From positions 1 to 50,816 of the forward strand of contig JAHBMJ010000308.1 in NCBI GenBank assembly GCA_018398765.1: 50,816 bases of DNA. The letters are read 5' to 3'. This stretch comes from Chromera velia (lineage: Eukaryota). How positions within the stretch are numbered: the first letter of the stretch is position 1; each line of letters opens with the position of its first letter. A program made the position numbers and the translations under genes. Below are positions 1-11,737 of the stretch, piece by piece. The notes beneath the pieces are model-generated. The model was not told where the DNA came from. It saw nothing but the letters and a program-made list of their open reading frames with translations, and did not search any database.

Positions 1-1282
1 ACGTGCATGTGCTCCTTTTTAATGGGGGGCTTCGGTCCTTCGAGTGTTCAGCGTTCTCTCTCCAGGTTTGTGGCATGCCGCAGTGTGTCCGTCATGGTTG
101 TTGCTTGTGCCGCTTACGTACGGAGAAGCGTTTTGACCGACGTTTTCAAGTCTTTTCTTAAGAGAGTCGTTCTCTCCACGAGCATCCTACAGTTCAGCAT
201 TCAAGGTGTGACCGCGTGAGGTTCACTTCTCTCGTGTGTCCGCGTTCCTCCTGGTTGATGGATGCCTTTGTCTGCCGTTGAAGGTACATGTCATGATTGA
301 TCAGGTGCGTGTCATCCACTGGCTTTTGTCTTGTGTGTGTCCGAGTCTGGTCTGACAAGCAAAGGAAAAGCATGAGCGAGAGCAGATAAATCAAGACAGT
401 ATCTGAAGTGACGCAGATGAAACGCGTCTCTGTCTGAAAATGAAAAGGGTTTCTCCTGATCCAGCAGACGGAAAACGGGAGGCTTGGGGAGTCGTTGAAC
501 TTCCAGAGCGTTCAAGAAAGTTTGACATATTGAAATGACAGGACAGTCTCGTATTCAGGCTTGTTATTCAGTCTGTGGAACTCCGAACGTGAAAGCATAA
601 CACTGAAAGATGATGGCAATTTGAAAGGTGTGTGAGTAATGTTTTCCTCTCGCTTTTACCAACATAACACATGATAACAGATGGTACTATATGACAGTGT
701 TGATCAAATTGGTATAAACTTTATGTGATCATTTCTAAAAAATTTGATATGTTTTTGGTTTACATAAAGTCATGGTTTCTATGTGCCTAGTGGGTTTGAG
801 AGGACTATGAAATTACATAAACGTTGTTAAACTGCAGACCCTTTCAGAATTAACCAAGAAAAAGGTTACTATTACGGGTTGAATTAAGTATAAATTAAAG
901 TGAACTGCTGTTGTAAAGAACCGAACTGCCTTGTGCGTTGCCGTCAAACGCTAGACGCCTATTCATAGGCCGATGACGATGGCGTATGATGATGATGATA
1001 ACATGAATTTGTAGATGACATATATTTAGCTGACAGTTTGAAAAATATGAAAACCGGTACAAAAATTTAAATGAAAGTGCAAACACATATCCACTTATTT
1101 CTAGACTCATTTCAATTATCATTATCGTTATAAGCCATATGATCTCGCCATTAGCCTATAAATAGGCGTCTAACGTTCGGCAGCAACACACATGAGGCAG
1201 TTCGGTTCTTCACATTGAAGTTCATCTTAAACTTCACAGCAACACTTGAACAACCCGAACAATTCCCAGGGCAACAGACTCT

Positions 1283-1416
1283 GGCGGGCCCCGAGGGCGG
1301 GGTCTGATACCTTAGCTTAAGCTGGGGAACGCCCCGCCCTGCTAGCTCTGGCGACAGATAGACATAGCAGGAAGGCCCTAGGGCGGAACATATCAATCAA
1401 TCAATCAATCAATCAA
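1283..1416 (+). mobile_element. Structured GC-rich segment ending in GCCCTAGGGCGGAACATA-(TCAA)n; possible non-LTR/SINE 3' end
   Basis: Nested hairpin 1294-1340, 10-bp palindrome 1375-1384 and a microsatellite tail. The same terminus recurs inverted at 34061-34114. Confidence 0.45.
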
Positions 1417-1909
1417 AATCAATCAATTCACTTTAATTTCTACTTAATTCAACCATGCAGGATTTCTTAATCTCTTTTCTTAATTATTTTAAAATTTATT
1501 CTAAAAACTACTAAAAACTTTTTATATCAATCAATCAATCAATATAGTTGTTTCATTTTGACTAGAATTTTGATATCATTTTCTTTTAACACAAAAACCT
1601 TAAATTTCCTAATGAATTTCTTGGGTGGAGGAAGTGAAGCCTGTGAAGGAAGCAAGAAAGAAGGAAAAAAGGAAGAAGGAACAAAGGAAAAAAAAAAAGA
1701 AAGACAAAGTTACAAGCTGCGGCGGCTTGCTCCTCTAGTTGCTCCTTTTGTTTACAACTGCATGCATGGGTTGCCATTTGTCTCTGGTTTCGGAGACCTT
1801 AGGCTTAACCACAATTAAGTAAGTAAGTAAGAAGGGAAATAAAGGAGAATGGAAGATTGGAAAGAAGCAAACTTGAAGGAACTAGTGAAGGAAGATGGGA
1901 TGGGGGGGG

Positions 1910-1943
1910 NNNNNNNNNNNNNNNNNNNNNNNNNNNNNNNNNN
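1910..1943. other. Assembly gap in a poly-G tract
   Basis: Run of N flanked by G homopolymers. Confidence 0.99.
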
Positions 1944-3252
1944 GGGGGGGGGGGGAAGCCACGAGTACAAAAGAAAATAGAACTACAGAAAAGAAGAGAG
2001 AAAACAACGATGAAGAAAAAACGAAGTCTGGAGAAAGGATGACAAGCCGAGATGTTTTAATTTAACAGATTCGGAAACATTCGCGAACCGAACAGCATTT
2101 CACAAGCAGTCAATCAAAATTCTTGCCCTCGCTGTGCATGCACTTTGGCGTAGGCGGAGTTTCGATCCATTAGCAACACATCCGATCATCGCACAGGCGC
2201 ATCGCTTGACCACCAAAACTTCGCGCATACCTCCCCCACAATGGGGGGGCATTCACAGTGTCTGTCACAGAGAGAGGAACCCCCTCGCCCCACCGTTCGT
2301 GCCGAATCACCCAGGGCCCAAATCTCGAACCACCCGCCTGTACCATACATGAAGCAAAAAGCAGAGAGGAGCACCCTGAACACAGAGGGAGGAAGCAAGA
2401 AAGAGAAATGCGACACCTGCCGACCTGTCGGGTATTTCCTTGCAAGCAGCCTTCAATCGAGACTGACCGCGGAGGGCATGCAGATAGAAGAACAGCCTGC
2501 AGCACTGTCATGTTTTCAGACCTCTTCTTCCCATCGTCCGTCCTCCTCCTTCTGCCACTCATTCCCTTCAATACCAAAGGAACTCCCACCAATCGTCCCC
2601 TCTTTCCTCAAACCGACCGCTTCTTTCGAACACATGCAGAGAGACAGAGACGCGTAGTTTTTCCAATCTTCCCTCTCCACAGACAGAGAGAGAGAGAGAA
2701 AAAGAGAAAAAAAAGCCCTAAGGGACAGCCCATGCCCTCGCTCGATCGCTTCTCGAACGGTGAGCTAGGCGATCGATCAGTCAGTCAGTAGTCAGTTGTC
2801 AACCTGACACACGCCGGCCGCTCTCTGTCTGTTCCACGTCCTGTCTTTTTCCCTCCTGTCCTATCTATTCTACACGGAGGTCCAAAATAGGTCGATCAAT
2901 TTTCTACACGACCCAGACAGCGAAGAGGAGAAGAGGAAAAGCAATGCTTTGACAATGACCCTGCAACTTTTCCTTAAATAAAGATTCGCTCACTCCTTCA
3001 AGCTCATCCGACCTGCAGCAGTGGTAACTTTTCTTTTGCCTCTCTTCCGTCCTTGTTTGCTTCCTTCTCTCCCTCCTTCCTTAGTTCTTCCCCACCTCAT
3101 CTCTTGTTTGCTTATTTTACCCCTTTTTTCCTTTGTTCGTTTGTCCACTTCTTCTTCTCAACCATCCTTCCTGCTTTTTGTTTCCTTCCTTTCTCCCCTC
3201 AATGAACAAGTAAGCAGGCAGGAAGGCAGCTGTGCCGACAGTCTGAATCAAA

Positions 3253-4623
3253 TCACCTTCCTGCCACAGGATGATTGCAAAGAGGACAAGGCGCTCTCTC
3301 GTTTGCTCTCTCAGGGTGGCCGTGCGCGTGTCTCCACTCATTTGCCCATCTCTTCAAGCACTCTTTGTGGAATCTGTGGCGCGAGTCGCACTCGAGGGAG
3401 GGCACTCTCTCGCCTTGTCTGAAAGATTCCAGACAGATTGGACACATCTCCCCCTCCTCCACTTGATCAATCTCCTGCTCACTCAACCTCTCCCTCCACT
3501 CACCCGCAGAAGTGGGAAAGGAACGCAACGCAAGAAGCGAAGTCGCTAAAGAAAAATCACCAAAACTGACCACACCCACTGGTGGGGAAGGAGCAACGAC
3601 CGGAGGCACAGAAGCACTCCCTGCAGAGGCCGCGGTCACACCCGACCCTGATGCACTGGCGGCTGCAGACGATGACGCTGAGCCGGGGCCCAGCGAAGAG
3701 ACGGGGCCCACAGGGGCCCCGGCAACACTCGAGGATGCCGACGCAGAGGAGGACGAAGGGACAGATGAAGAAGCAATGCCGCCATCAACTGTCCCGACAC
3801 CTCCTGTTGCGAGCCCTGCCGAGCTTCCTTCTGCGGCTGTTGCCGTCTCAACCACGACCCCACTACCCGCCCCCTGTGTCCCTGTCCCCCCTGTGACCGC
3901 CCCCCGTGATGCCGCTGCGGCAGCACTCACTGCCCCGGCTGCCGCCCCCGCAGCAGATCCAAACAATGCCCCCCCGATGATTGCACCCCCGTCGAGTTGC
4001 TTCAGGTTCCCAGAGAACTCAGGCTGTGCTGCCTGGCAGGCAGTGGCAGACAACGCCCCCCCGGCCAGACCAACCGACGCCCCCAGTGGCACAGCGACAG
4101 CAGCACCCGCCCCCCCGGTCAGCACAGTCGCACTTACCACCGCAACTGCCGACCCCCCCTCTGCAACCCCCCGCACCAACGACAGACCACAATTCCTCCC
4201 AAGTCTAGAAGCCTCCTCAGGATCTTCCTTTATATGCCTCAGAGCCTGTACACCCGACCCAAAGAAGCTGTTCTCTGCATAGTCCTCCCAGACCCTCCTG
4301 GCTGCCTCTCCGTCTCCCTCAGCCATCAACTCACCCAGAGACTCTCCCGCAGTGGCCAACTCATGAAAGACGGGAACGTTCGACAATGCCCCCCCTCCAG
4401 CGGCAGCACTGCCAAGAGCTCTAAGGAAACCAGCACGGTACTCTGGGGCCTCCTCCCTTCTTCTGGAGCCAGTGACTGCCCACATGACTCCTGAACCCAT
4501 CACGCTGTGCTTTGCGTACTCTTGCCATCTCTCTCGAGCCCTCTCTGGCTTTCCTGTCAGCGCATCCCCCAAACTCACAAACGCAGTGCCTACTTCGTGA
4601 AGCACCGGAAAGGTAAACGGCAT
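3253..4623 (-). CDS. RING-H2 (C3H2C3) finger protein, probable E3 ubiquitin ligase, with duplicated N-terminal module and glycine-zipper hydrophobic segments; apparently single exon, 456 aa
   Basis: C-terminal CPIC-x14-C-x3-H-x2-H-x2-C-x3-W-...-CPLC pattern. aa5-78 and aa83-157 are homologous. Gly/Ala-rich hydrophobic stretches and an S/A/G linker follow. The stop overlaps AG|GTGATT, so a further 3' exon is not excluded. Confidence 0.85.
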   Translation of the reverse strand: MPFTFPVLHEVGTAFVSLGDALTGKPERARERWQEYAKHSVMGSGVMWAVTGSRRREEAPEYRAGFLRALGSAAAGGGALSNVPVFHELATAGESLGELMAEGDGEAARRVWEDYAENSFFGSGVQALRHIKEDPEEASRLGRNCGLSLVRGVAEGGSAVAVVSATVLTGGAGAAVAVPLGASVGLAGGALSATACQAAQPEFSGNLKQLDGGAIIGGALFGSAAGAAAGAVSAAAAASRGAVTGGTGTQGAGSGVVVETATAAEGSSAGLATGGVGTVDGGIASSSVPSSSSASASSSVAGAPVGPVSSLGPGSASSSAAASASGSGVTAASAGSASVPPVVAPSPPVGVVSFGDFSLATSLLALRSFPTSAGEWRERLSEQEIDQVEEGEMCPICLESFRQGERVPSLECDSRHRFHKECLKRWANEWRHAHGHPERANERAPCPLCNHPVAGR

Positions 4624-5363
4624 CGTCTGACTCTTCGATCAGTGTGAGTGTCCCGTTGCGACCATACAAGAGAAGATCAGAAACGGGAGCACCGTCTACG
4701 TGCTTCCGTCCTGCCTGAATTCGAAATGGATTGGCTCGAACGGCCTCAGCCAAAAGTCAGAAACGGAAGAAGAGCACAGATTGGATCTCATACCGGCCTC
4801 CTGCAATCCAGTGAGCCTTTATTCTGTCAGATCGATCGAACTTGGATCGTAAGTTGGACTCATGAGGAAGAAAAGTTGTGGATCGCTTTTGTAAGGCCAC
4901 TAGCGCGCGAGTGCGCGCCGAAAAAATTAAAACGAAAGTCACAAAACTTATACCGAATCTGACCGATACAAGGCGAATTTAAAAGCACGCTTCGTTCAAG
5001 TGCATGCATGATCGACAGTGAGCAGTCTGTTGACATGCAGGATGCAGAAGGAGAATTCTGCACTCCACCACTCTCCCAGAAAGATGAAAAAGACAGGCTG
5101 CCGATCCAACAAAGAGAAAGGAAGGAAACCTTTTGCTCGGTACAGTGATGCAAAATCGCAGGTTCACAGACTGCATGACACACTGAGAAGGTCTCCCTGC
5201 CAAAAAGGAGACCTGTGAACTTAGAGTGAAGACACACAATGTGCGACGCTCTCGGTATTCTGACTCGATACAGACACTGACAGACAGATACAGAGAGAAG
5301 ACAATCAAACGACGATCCAATAATTCGTTCCAATTGTCCTTGTCAAGCTCCATCACTTACAGC
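4624..5363. promoter_or_regulatory. Putative bidirectional promoter / 5' UTRs (RING gene and secreted protein)
   Basis: 740 bp between divergent start codons; positional inference only. Confidence 0.45.
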
Positions 5364-6947
5364 ATGTACATTTCTTCATGCTTTACGCTTGTGGCATTCC
5401 TTGCGGTTCTCCGCACACACGCGCATGGAAGTGACCAGCTGCCAACCCTGCAGGCTCGGAAGAGAGCGGGTGGAGTGGACCCTCTTCACCTTCTTGGAGG
5501 CTCTCACTCAGAGAAGAAGAGGTTCGCAGCCTCCATGTCTGCCCCTCCTTCCGAGCAGGCAATGGCACCAAAAGAACCCAAGCCGCATCCACCTGCCGCC
5601 TCCTCTTCCTCCCCCTCTACGCTACTACCAAGAGAGCCAGAGGGGGAAGACACTTTAGCAGTGGAGGCGATCAAGGTCAAGGACTCCCTCCTGGTTCCCT
5701 GCGATCCTTCCACAGATCCAGACTGCCAACCCGTGTCAGACACCGCCACTGTGAAGGATGTCATTCACGCAATGTACAAGAAGGAGGGAGCAGAACCCGC
5801 AGCGACACCGCTGGAGCCTGCCGCAGCCGCAAAGGCAAAAGCACTGGCAGCATCAGCATCAGCTTCTGCATCAGCATCCACCGCGGGCGAAGCAGGGGAA
5901 AAGCTCGCTCCCCACGAGAAGACCCTCAGTCTGCCAAAGGTCAAACTGACAGAAGACACCCACCCCCCTCCTCCAAAATGGACCTCTCCCCGCAGTAAGA
6001 TGAGGAATTTGTTATTCGGAAAACAAAAGAAGAAAAACGGGGCCAATTTGCACATTCACCTGCACAAAGACGAGAGACCCCCCACATGGTCTATTACCTT
6101 GACCTCCCCATCACCCCCGCCTGTCACCACTACCAGTGACCACGTCCACATTCACCTGACCACACCAAGACCACAGAGAAGTACTGGTGAAAGTCTCCAA
6201 GTCCACTTTGGGGAAGGCAGAAATCCCAAATATGCACAAGGGGCAGATATCGTGCCTCTGTCTCACTCTGCAAACAGTCTCCACATCCATGCATCTCATT
6301 CGTTCCATTTCGACCAACCTGACGGGGCCCAAAAGACATCTGTACACACCTCTTCAGTCTCCATTCCCCCCCACCCGACCGATGTTGCGGTTTCCGGAAA
6401 CGTCTTATCTCTCACCGCTGACCATCCCACCGTCTCACCGGAGGTCTCTCTAACCGGAGATAACTCTTTGACGGTCTCAATCTCTCCAAAGAATTCCTCT
6501 GAGATGACGCTGCACAGCGAGGGCACAAGGTCGTGGGAGGGTCTGAAGACATTGCCTATCACAGAGGCCCAAGGCAGTGCAACTGAACACGACGGGGGAG
6601 ACCTGTATGCAGCTATTGAGAGGATCAGAAAGGGACAGATGGAACTGAAAAACCGACTGGATAGACTGATGCCCCCCCACCCTGTTCCAGGTCAGTCAAA
6701 ACTTCACCTTCACCTTCACAGCACGAAACTGGTTTTTAATCGATCATACTCAAATGGAAAATGAAAGAATTTGATTGACTCCTTCCGCCTGCTCCGACTT
6801 TTGGCGAAAAAGACAACCTGGATAGATTAAGGAAAGAACCATGCAACTTTTTTCAGTCTTTCGCTCTTTTTTTTTTCTTGTTCGGGAGTCCTGGTACCTC
6901 GTGAGGCGTCTGTCTCTGTCTCTCTGTCTCTCTCTCTCTTTCTCCCT

Positions 6948-6990
<43 letters not shown>

Positions 6991-8333
6991 CGCGCGTGTT
7001 CATCGTTGTATTCTCTCTCCCTCCATTCCTCTTCTCCACCCAGAGCCAGACCCGGAGCCTTATGAAGATGAGGAGCCGACGTGCTCCCGCCCCACAGTAG
7101 AAGAGGAGACGGCAGAGGTGAGGGAGGCGACCGAGGAGGTTCTGGACAGATTCGGAGTCAAAACTTTTCCCGAGGAGTCTCTGAAGGTCTTCAAACTCAG
7201 CCCCAAGTCGGAGGACGCCAAGGGTCTTTTCGCAAAGGACACGCCTGAGGAGGTGTCTGTGCACAGGGTCCTTGAGCCTTCTCATGTCGTGCACGCGCAC
7301 ATGGAAGAGGAGACGGCGAAAAAGGCATTTGGAGCAGATGCTCTCAGGTGATTTTCGGGAGGGAGTTTATCAGGGGGATGAACGGACGACCCGAGGGGTT
7401 TTCATACGTCTCTGTGCGTCTGTTCATGTGTATGCAAACACAGACTCATGCTTGTACGTGTGTCAGTGTGTGCGTATGTTCACGTGTGAGTGTAGTCAGA
7501 TGATCTTTCTTGACGGTGACAACCTGATCGATGTTGAAGATTCGACGTCAAAGAAGGAAAAATCAATGCCGGTGGTTGGCGTTGTCTCGGCTTCCCTGCA
7601 GCGAGTGTTCCCTGCATTAAAGAGACAATAAGTACCGTGCGTGCCGGGGACTTGCCTGCATACCTTTCTGCATGATCGAAGGTTTTATAGAGGAGATTCT
7701 GTAGGGGACGCTGCGGGACTTTCATTGAGGCGTGTCAGGAACTTTCCTGCTCAGACACTAGATCAGGATCATGCGGAATTCTGACAACGTTCTTTGTGCA
7801 TGATTATTCCTTTGAAAAGAATTATCTGTGATTCTCCTTTCCTTGTAGATTGCTCCAGCGTGGTTCATCAAACCTTGCTGAAACCTTTTCGTCGTCACGT
7901 TACCCTCTCTCTTTCGCTTCGCTGCAGATCATCCGACGGAGACGACAGCAGCGTCCTCTACTGCACAAGGGTCCACAAAACCTGCCCCCCCCAGTATCAT
8001 TGCGGCGTCGCAGCCCACCCAGAGGGTGCGGGTCTGCCCTCACCCTCACCTGCCCCCCCCCACCCTCTTCCTGTCCCTCCCATGCCGAGCCCGGGACCAA
8101 TCGTGCAGACGATGCCGGTCGCAGTCATCCCGGTCACTCACACGCACGTCATGCACGTGCACCACTTTTTTGACGATGCGGCGGAGGCAGAGGGCCTAGG
8201 GGAGGCAGACAGCGCTCTGGTCCAGTCAGAAGATATTCGCACGCCGCAACCCCAGGTGGCATGGCCTGTCTCGGGTATCGGGGGCGCACAAGGGCCGGCA
8301 ACTGAATCTGACGTCGAAATCAGAAGGGATTGA
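5364..8333 (+). CDS. Secreted His/Pro/Ser-rich protein of unknown function, 3 exons, ~678 aa
   Basis: ATG 5364 followed by a signal-peptide-like MYISSCFTLVAFLAVLRTHA. Exons 5364-6690, 7044-7347, 7928-8333 join with GT-AG introns in matching phases (1, 2). Repeated HxHxH motifs. Confidence 0.7.
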
Positions 8334-9563
8334 TTTTTTCTGCAAGCATGAGAATGTGATTTGCTGAAAAAAAAAAACACTGCTGATAAGCTTGCAGATC
8401 CCAGGTTGGCAATTTCAGTGGCAAAGAAACACAAGACTCGTGACAAGAGAGGGCCGGGGCAGATCCAGAAAGTCCGCCGTTCAAGACAAATGGGCGCCTG
8501 TTTTCAGAAAATGCAACTACAAGCTGGAATTAAAAATGCCATAAGATTTGATTATAAAAGTCTTTCAAGAAAAAGAAGACGAAGAAGAAAAATGAAAAAC
8601 CTTCAAAAAGCTTTTCTTGAAGTACAATGGGAGTTCACAATAAACCATAGAAAACAAAAATTGATCAAATCCATTTTTTTGTGACCTTAAAAACTTAGTT
8701 TGCAAAAATATAATAACACGGTATTGGACTAAAATTCGTTTGAAATCTAGTTTGAAATTGTTATTTAAGGCACTAATTAAATTATTATCATTCTTTATCA
8801 CCTTTGAACTACATCCGTTCAGACGTTCGTAGTGTTTGATGGTGTCTGCAACACTGCTTACTTACAATAAAGGGAATTATTATAAAAAATGTAATAGTTT
8901 GCTGCACTGTTTGCACACTTACTGCTAAACTAAATTGCTACTAAGCTAAATCCCATCCTATCCTACGGAGCACAATATCTCCAGTAACGAGTCCAGTTTA
9001 TATAATCAATCAATTTATATTTAATTCCAAAAGTACTAGTAGTAGACATATATAATTGTTTTACTCAATCATTTGATGATGATGATGATGATATATAGAG
9101 TTAAAGCCGGTGAGCCGTATAGGCTTTGGCTAACCTAGTATTTCCTGCATAGATTCAATTTTTCGACCTAGGCCCCGCTTAGCCCCGCTAGGGTATTTGT
9201 GTGATGGGTTTGAAGAAAACAAAACCTGTATACATACAAAAAGCCACCCCCTGATCGGTCTTCCTACTCTTTTTCTCCCCCACACACGCCCGGCGGAATA
9301 TGTGGGAGGGCAACAAAACTAAAGGAGAGCGATCATAGGATCTATAGAGTTTAGTACTCAGTTCACATACCCCCCCCACCCTTACTTTTTCCCTCTCCTT
9401 CTTCGTGTGAAAGCCTGTGGTAGAAATGGTTACGATTCCGCCTGGCACCGCCCATGTCCACCCGACTGCACTTCCAGAACAAGAAAGGGAAAATGCTTTG
9501 GCGGACCTTACAGAAAGGCCCCCAGGCACTCACCACCCAAAAACAAAGGGAAGAAAGATTAAA

Positions 9564-10366
9564 CACTTCAAACTTGCGGGCTAGTTAAAAGTGAGAACCA
9601 GACAACTAATGAATACAAAAAGTTGCCGTTTGGCCATGCATTGTACCATAAAACGGTTTTGCTTTTACAAACAGTTACGTCTGTTGGAGCACTTCTAACT
9701 TGCGGGCTAGTTAAAAGTAAGAACCAGACAACTAATTAGTGCAAAAAGTTGCCGTTTGACCATTCGATTGCCGTTTAGCTATGCACTATATCATGAAACA
9801 GTTTTGTTCTTGCCAGCAATTACGTTTGTTGGGGCACTTCAAACTTGTGGGCCAGTTAAAAGTGAGAACCAGACAACTAATTAATACAAAAAGTTGTCGT
9901 TTTGCTATGCACTATATCATAAAACGGTTTTGCTCTTACCACTGTTACCAGCAGTTACGTCTGTTGGGGCACTTCTAACTTGCAGGCCAGTTAAAAGTGA
10001 GAACCAGACAACTAATTAATGCAAAAAGTTGCTGTTTAGCCATGCACTGTATTATGAAACAGTTTTGCTCTTGCCAGCAGTTACGTTTGTTGGGGCACTT
10101 CAAACTTGCGGCCCAAGTTGCGGGCCAGTTAAAAGTGAGAACCAAATAACTAATTAATGCAAAAAGTTGTCGTTTGGCCATGCAGTATATCATGAAACGG
10201 TTTTGCTCTTGCTAGCAGTTATGTTTGTTGGGGCACTTCAAACTTGCAGGCCAGTTAAAAGTGAGAACCAGACACCTAATTAATATAACAAATTGTCGTT
10301 TAGCTATACACTGTATCATAAAACGGTTTTGCTCTTGCCAGCAGTTACATTTGTTGGGGCATTTCT
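9564..10366. repeat. Minisatellite, six copies of a 126-bp unit
   Basis: Units start at 9564, 9690, 9835, 9970, 10096, 10234 (lengths 126, 145, 135, 126, 138, 126). Longer units carry internal micro-duplications. Confidence 0.95.
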
Positions 10367-10742
10367 AGGAAAGATAGAGGAGGGCCAAGCGGACCAGATT
10401 CAGAGTCACCAGAACCTCACACCCCCCATAAAAACTACCTCCTCTGTCTGAAGCCCCCCTTCCACCTATTACCACACGTTTGCTTGTTTCAATATTCAGT
10501 AAATGTTTCTGTTAAAAGGACTGAGCTTCTATTGGAAAACCTGAGCGCCTCTAACAACGTTTTAAGCAAAACTGATGAACGCCGCAAGGAAAGTGTTCCC
10601 GATCATAAATTATCTTTTCTTACCACCCCATCTCCCCCCCTGAATCAGGCTTTTCCTAGTTAATCACACTAAATTCGTCGCTAATATCTGCATGACTCCT
10701 AACTCGGAATCATACTAAGGTGTAAGCCGACCCCCCCCCCCC

Positions 10743-10772
10743 NNNNNNNNNNNNNNNNNNNNNNNNNNNNNN
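10743..10772. other. Assembly gap in a poly-C tract
   Basis: Run of N flanked by C homopolymers. Confidence 0.99.
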
Positions 10773-11307
10773 CCCCCCCGGCAGTGAACCACGGGTAAAA
10801 CCCAGAACATCAATGTTATGCTATGCTAATATCAAAAACTTACTAGTTTTCAGCACTATAATGAACATTACTTAGATTCATATGCTAGTTCGTATATGTT
10901 AACTTTAAAATTCGTTACTGCGGCTTCAATTGCCAGAAATCGCTCTTTTATGTGTGAAGTATCCTTTTGGAGTGAGAAACACAAGAACCTTTTTGTTTTT
11001 TCTTCTGAGTCACGGCCGTTCGCAGCCGTGGCCACCATTCCTTCCAGTTTGTCCCTATTGTGACAGGCCCATTCCTAGGCCCATACTGGCAACCCAGGAA
11101 TCCATGAGAAGCCGTGCGGGATCACTCCATTGATCATGAGATCTGCACCATTTTTTTCTGTGACGAATGCAATAAGCACCCCTTTCAACTCTGCTGCAGG
11201 CAACCTTCATCGAACCTGCACGATCTTTTTTTGAACGGGCCCATCCTGACAATGATTCCAAACTCTCTTTTTCGCCAATGGTCAATGAAGAGAGGGAAGA
11301 AGAAACC

Positions 11308-11338
<31 letters not shown>

Positions 11339-11737
11339 AACGAGTCCAAGAGAAGAATTCACCAGAGCCCGGAAAGACGAAAAATGAGAGGGCAAGAAAA
11401 CAGAATGCACAATTACTCTCCCTCCCCCTCCCTCCCGCCCATCCACACCCGCGTCTTCACAGAAAAAGTCCAACCCAACCAAAGGTCATTGTACAGCCCT
11501 CCACATGCCCCTCTTCCTCTGTCCCTACACATATTCATACAGAGAGACTTCCAAAGGAGGAAGACGCGAAACCCGAATTGAAGAATTTGTTCTTAGAGAG
11601 AGAAGAGCGAGCTGTCGGAACAGAGACAAACAAGGAGACGACCAGAAAAGAGAACAGCAGAACTCTCCAGCACATCAACACCAACCTCCCCCCTCCCCAC
11701 TTGCTTCCCCTTTACAGCTTGACACCCCCCCCCTTCT

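Noticed and set aside
1..3200. Short ORFs at the left edge and downstream of the RING gene
   Set aside because: No recognisable motifs or consistent exon chain; probably UTR/intergenic.
3512..4282. 256-aa antisense ORF over the RING gene (and similar antisense ORFs over other exons)
   Set aside because: Shadow of a GC-rich coding strand; no independent features.
9564..10366. CRISPR-like array
   Set aside because: Whole units repeat with no unique spacers, there are no cas genes, and the context is eukaryotic.
10572..10597. Hammerhead core CTGATGA...GAAA
   Set aside because: The intervening bases do not close a stem II and no stem I/III partners were found.
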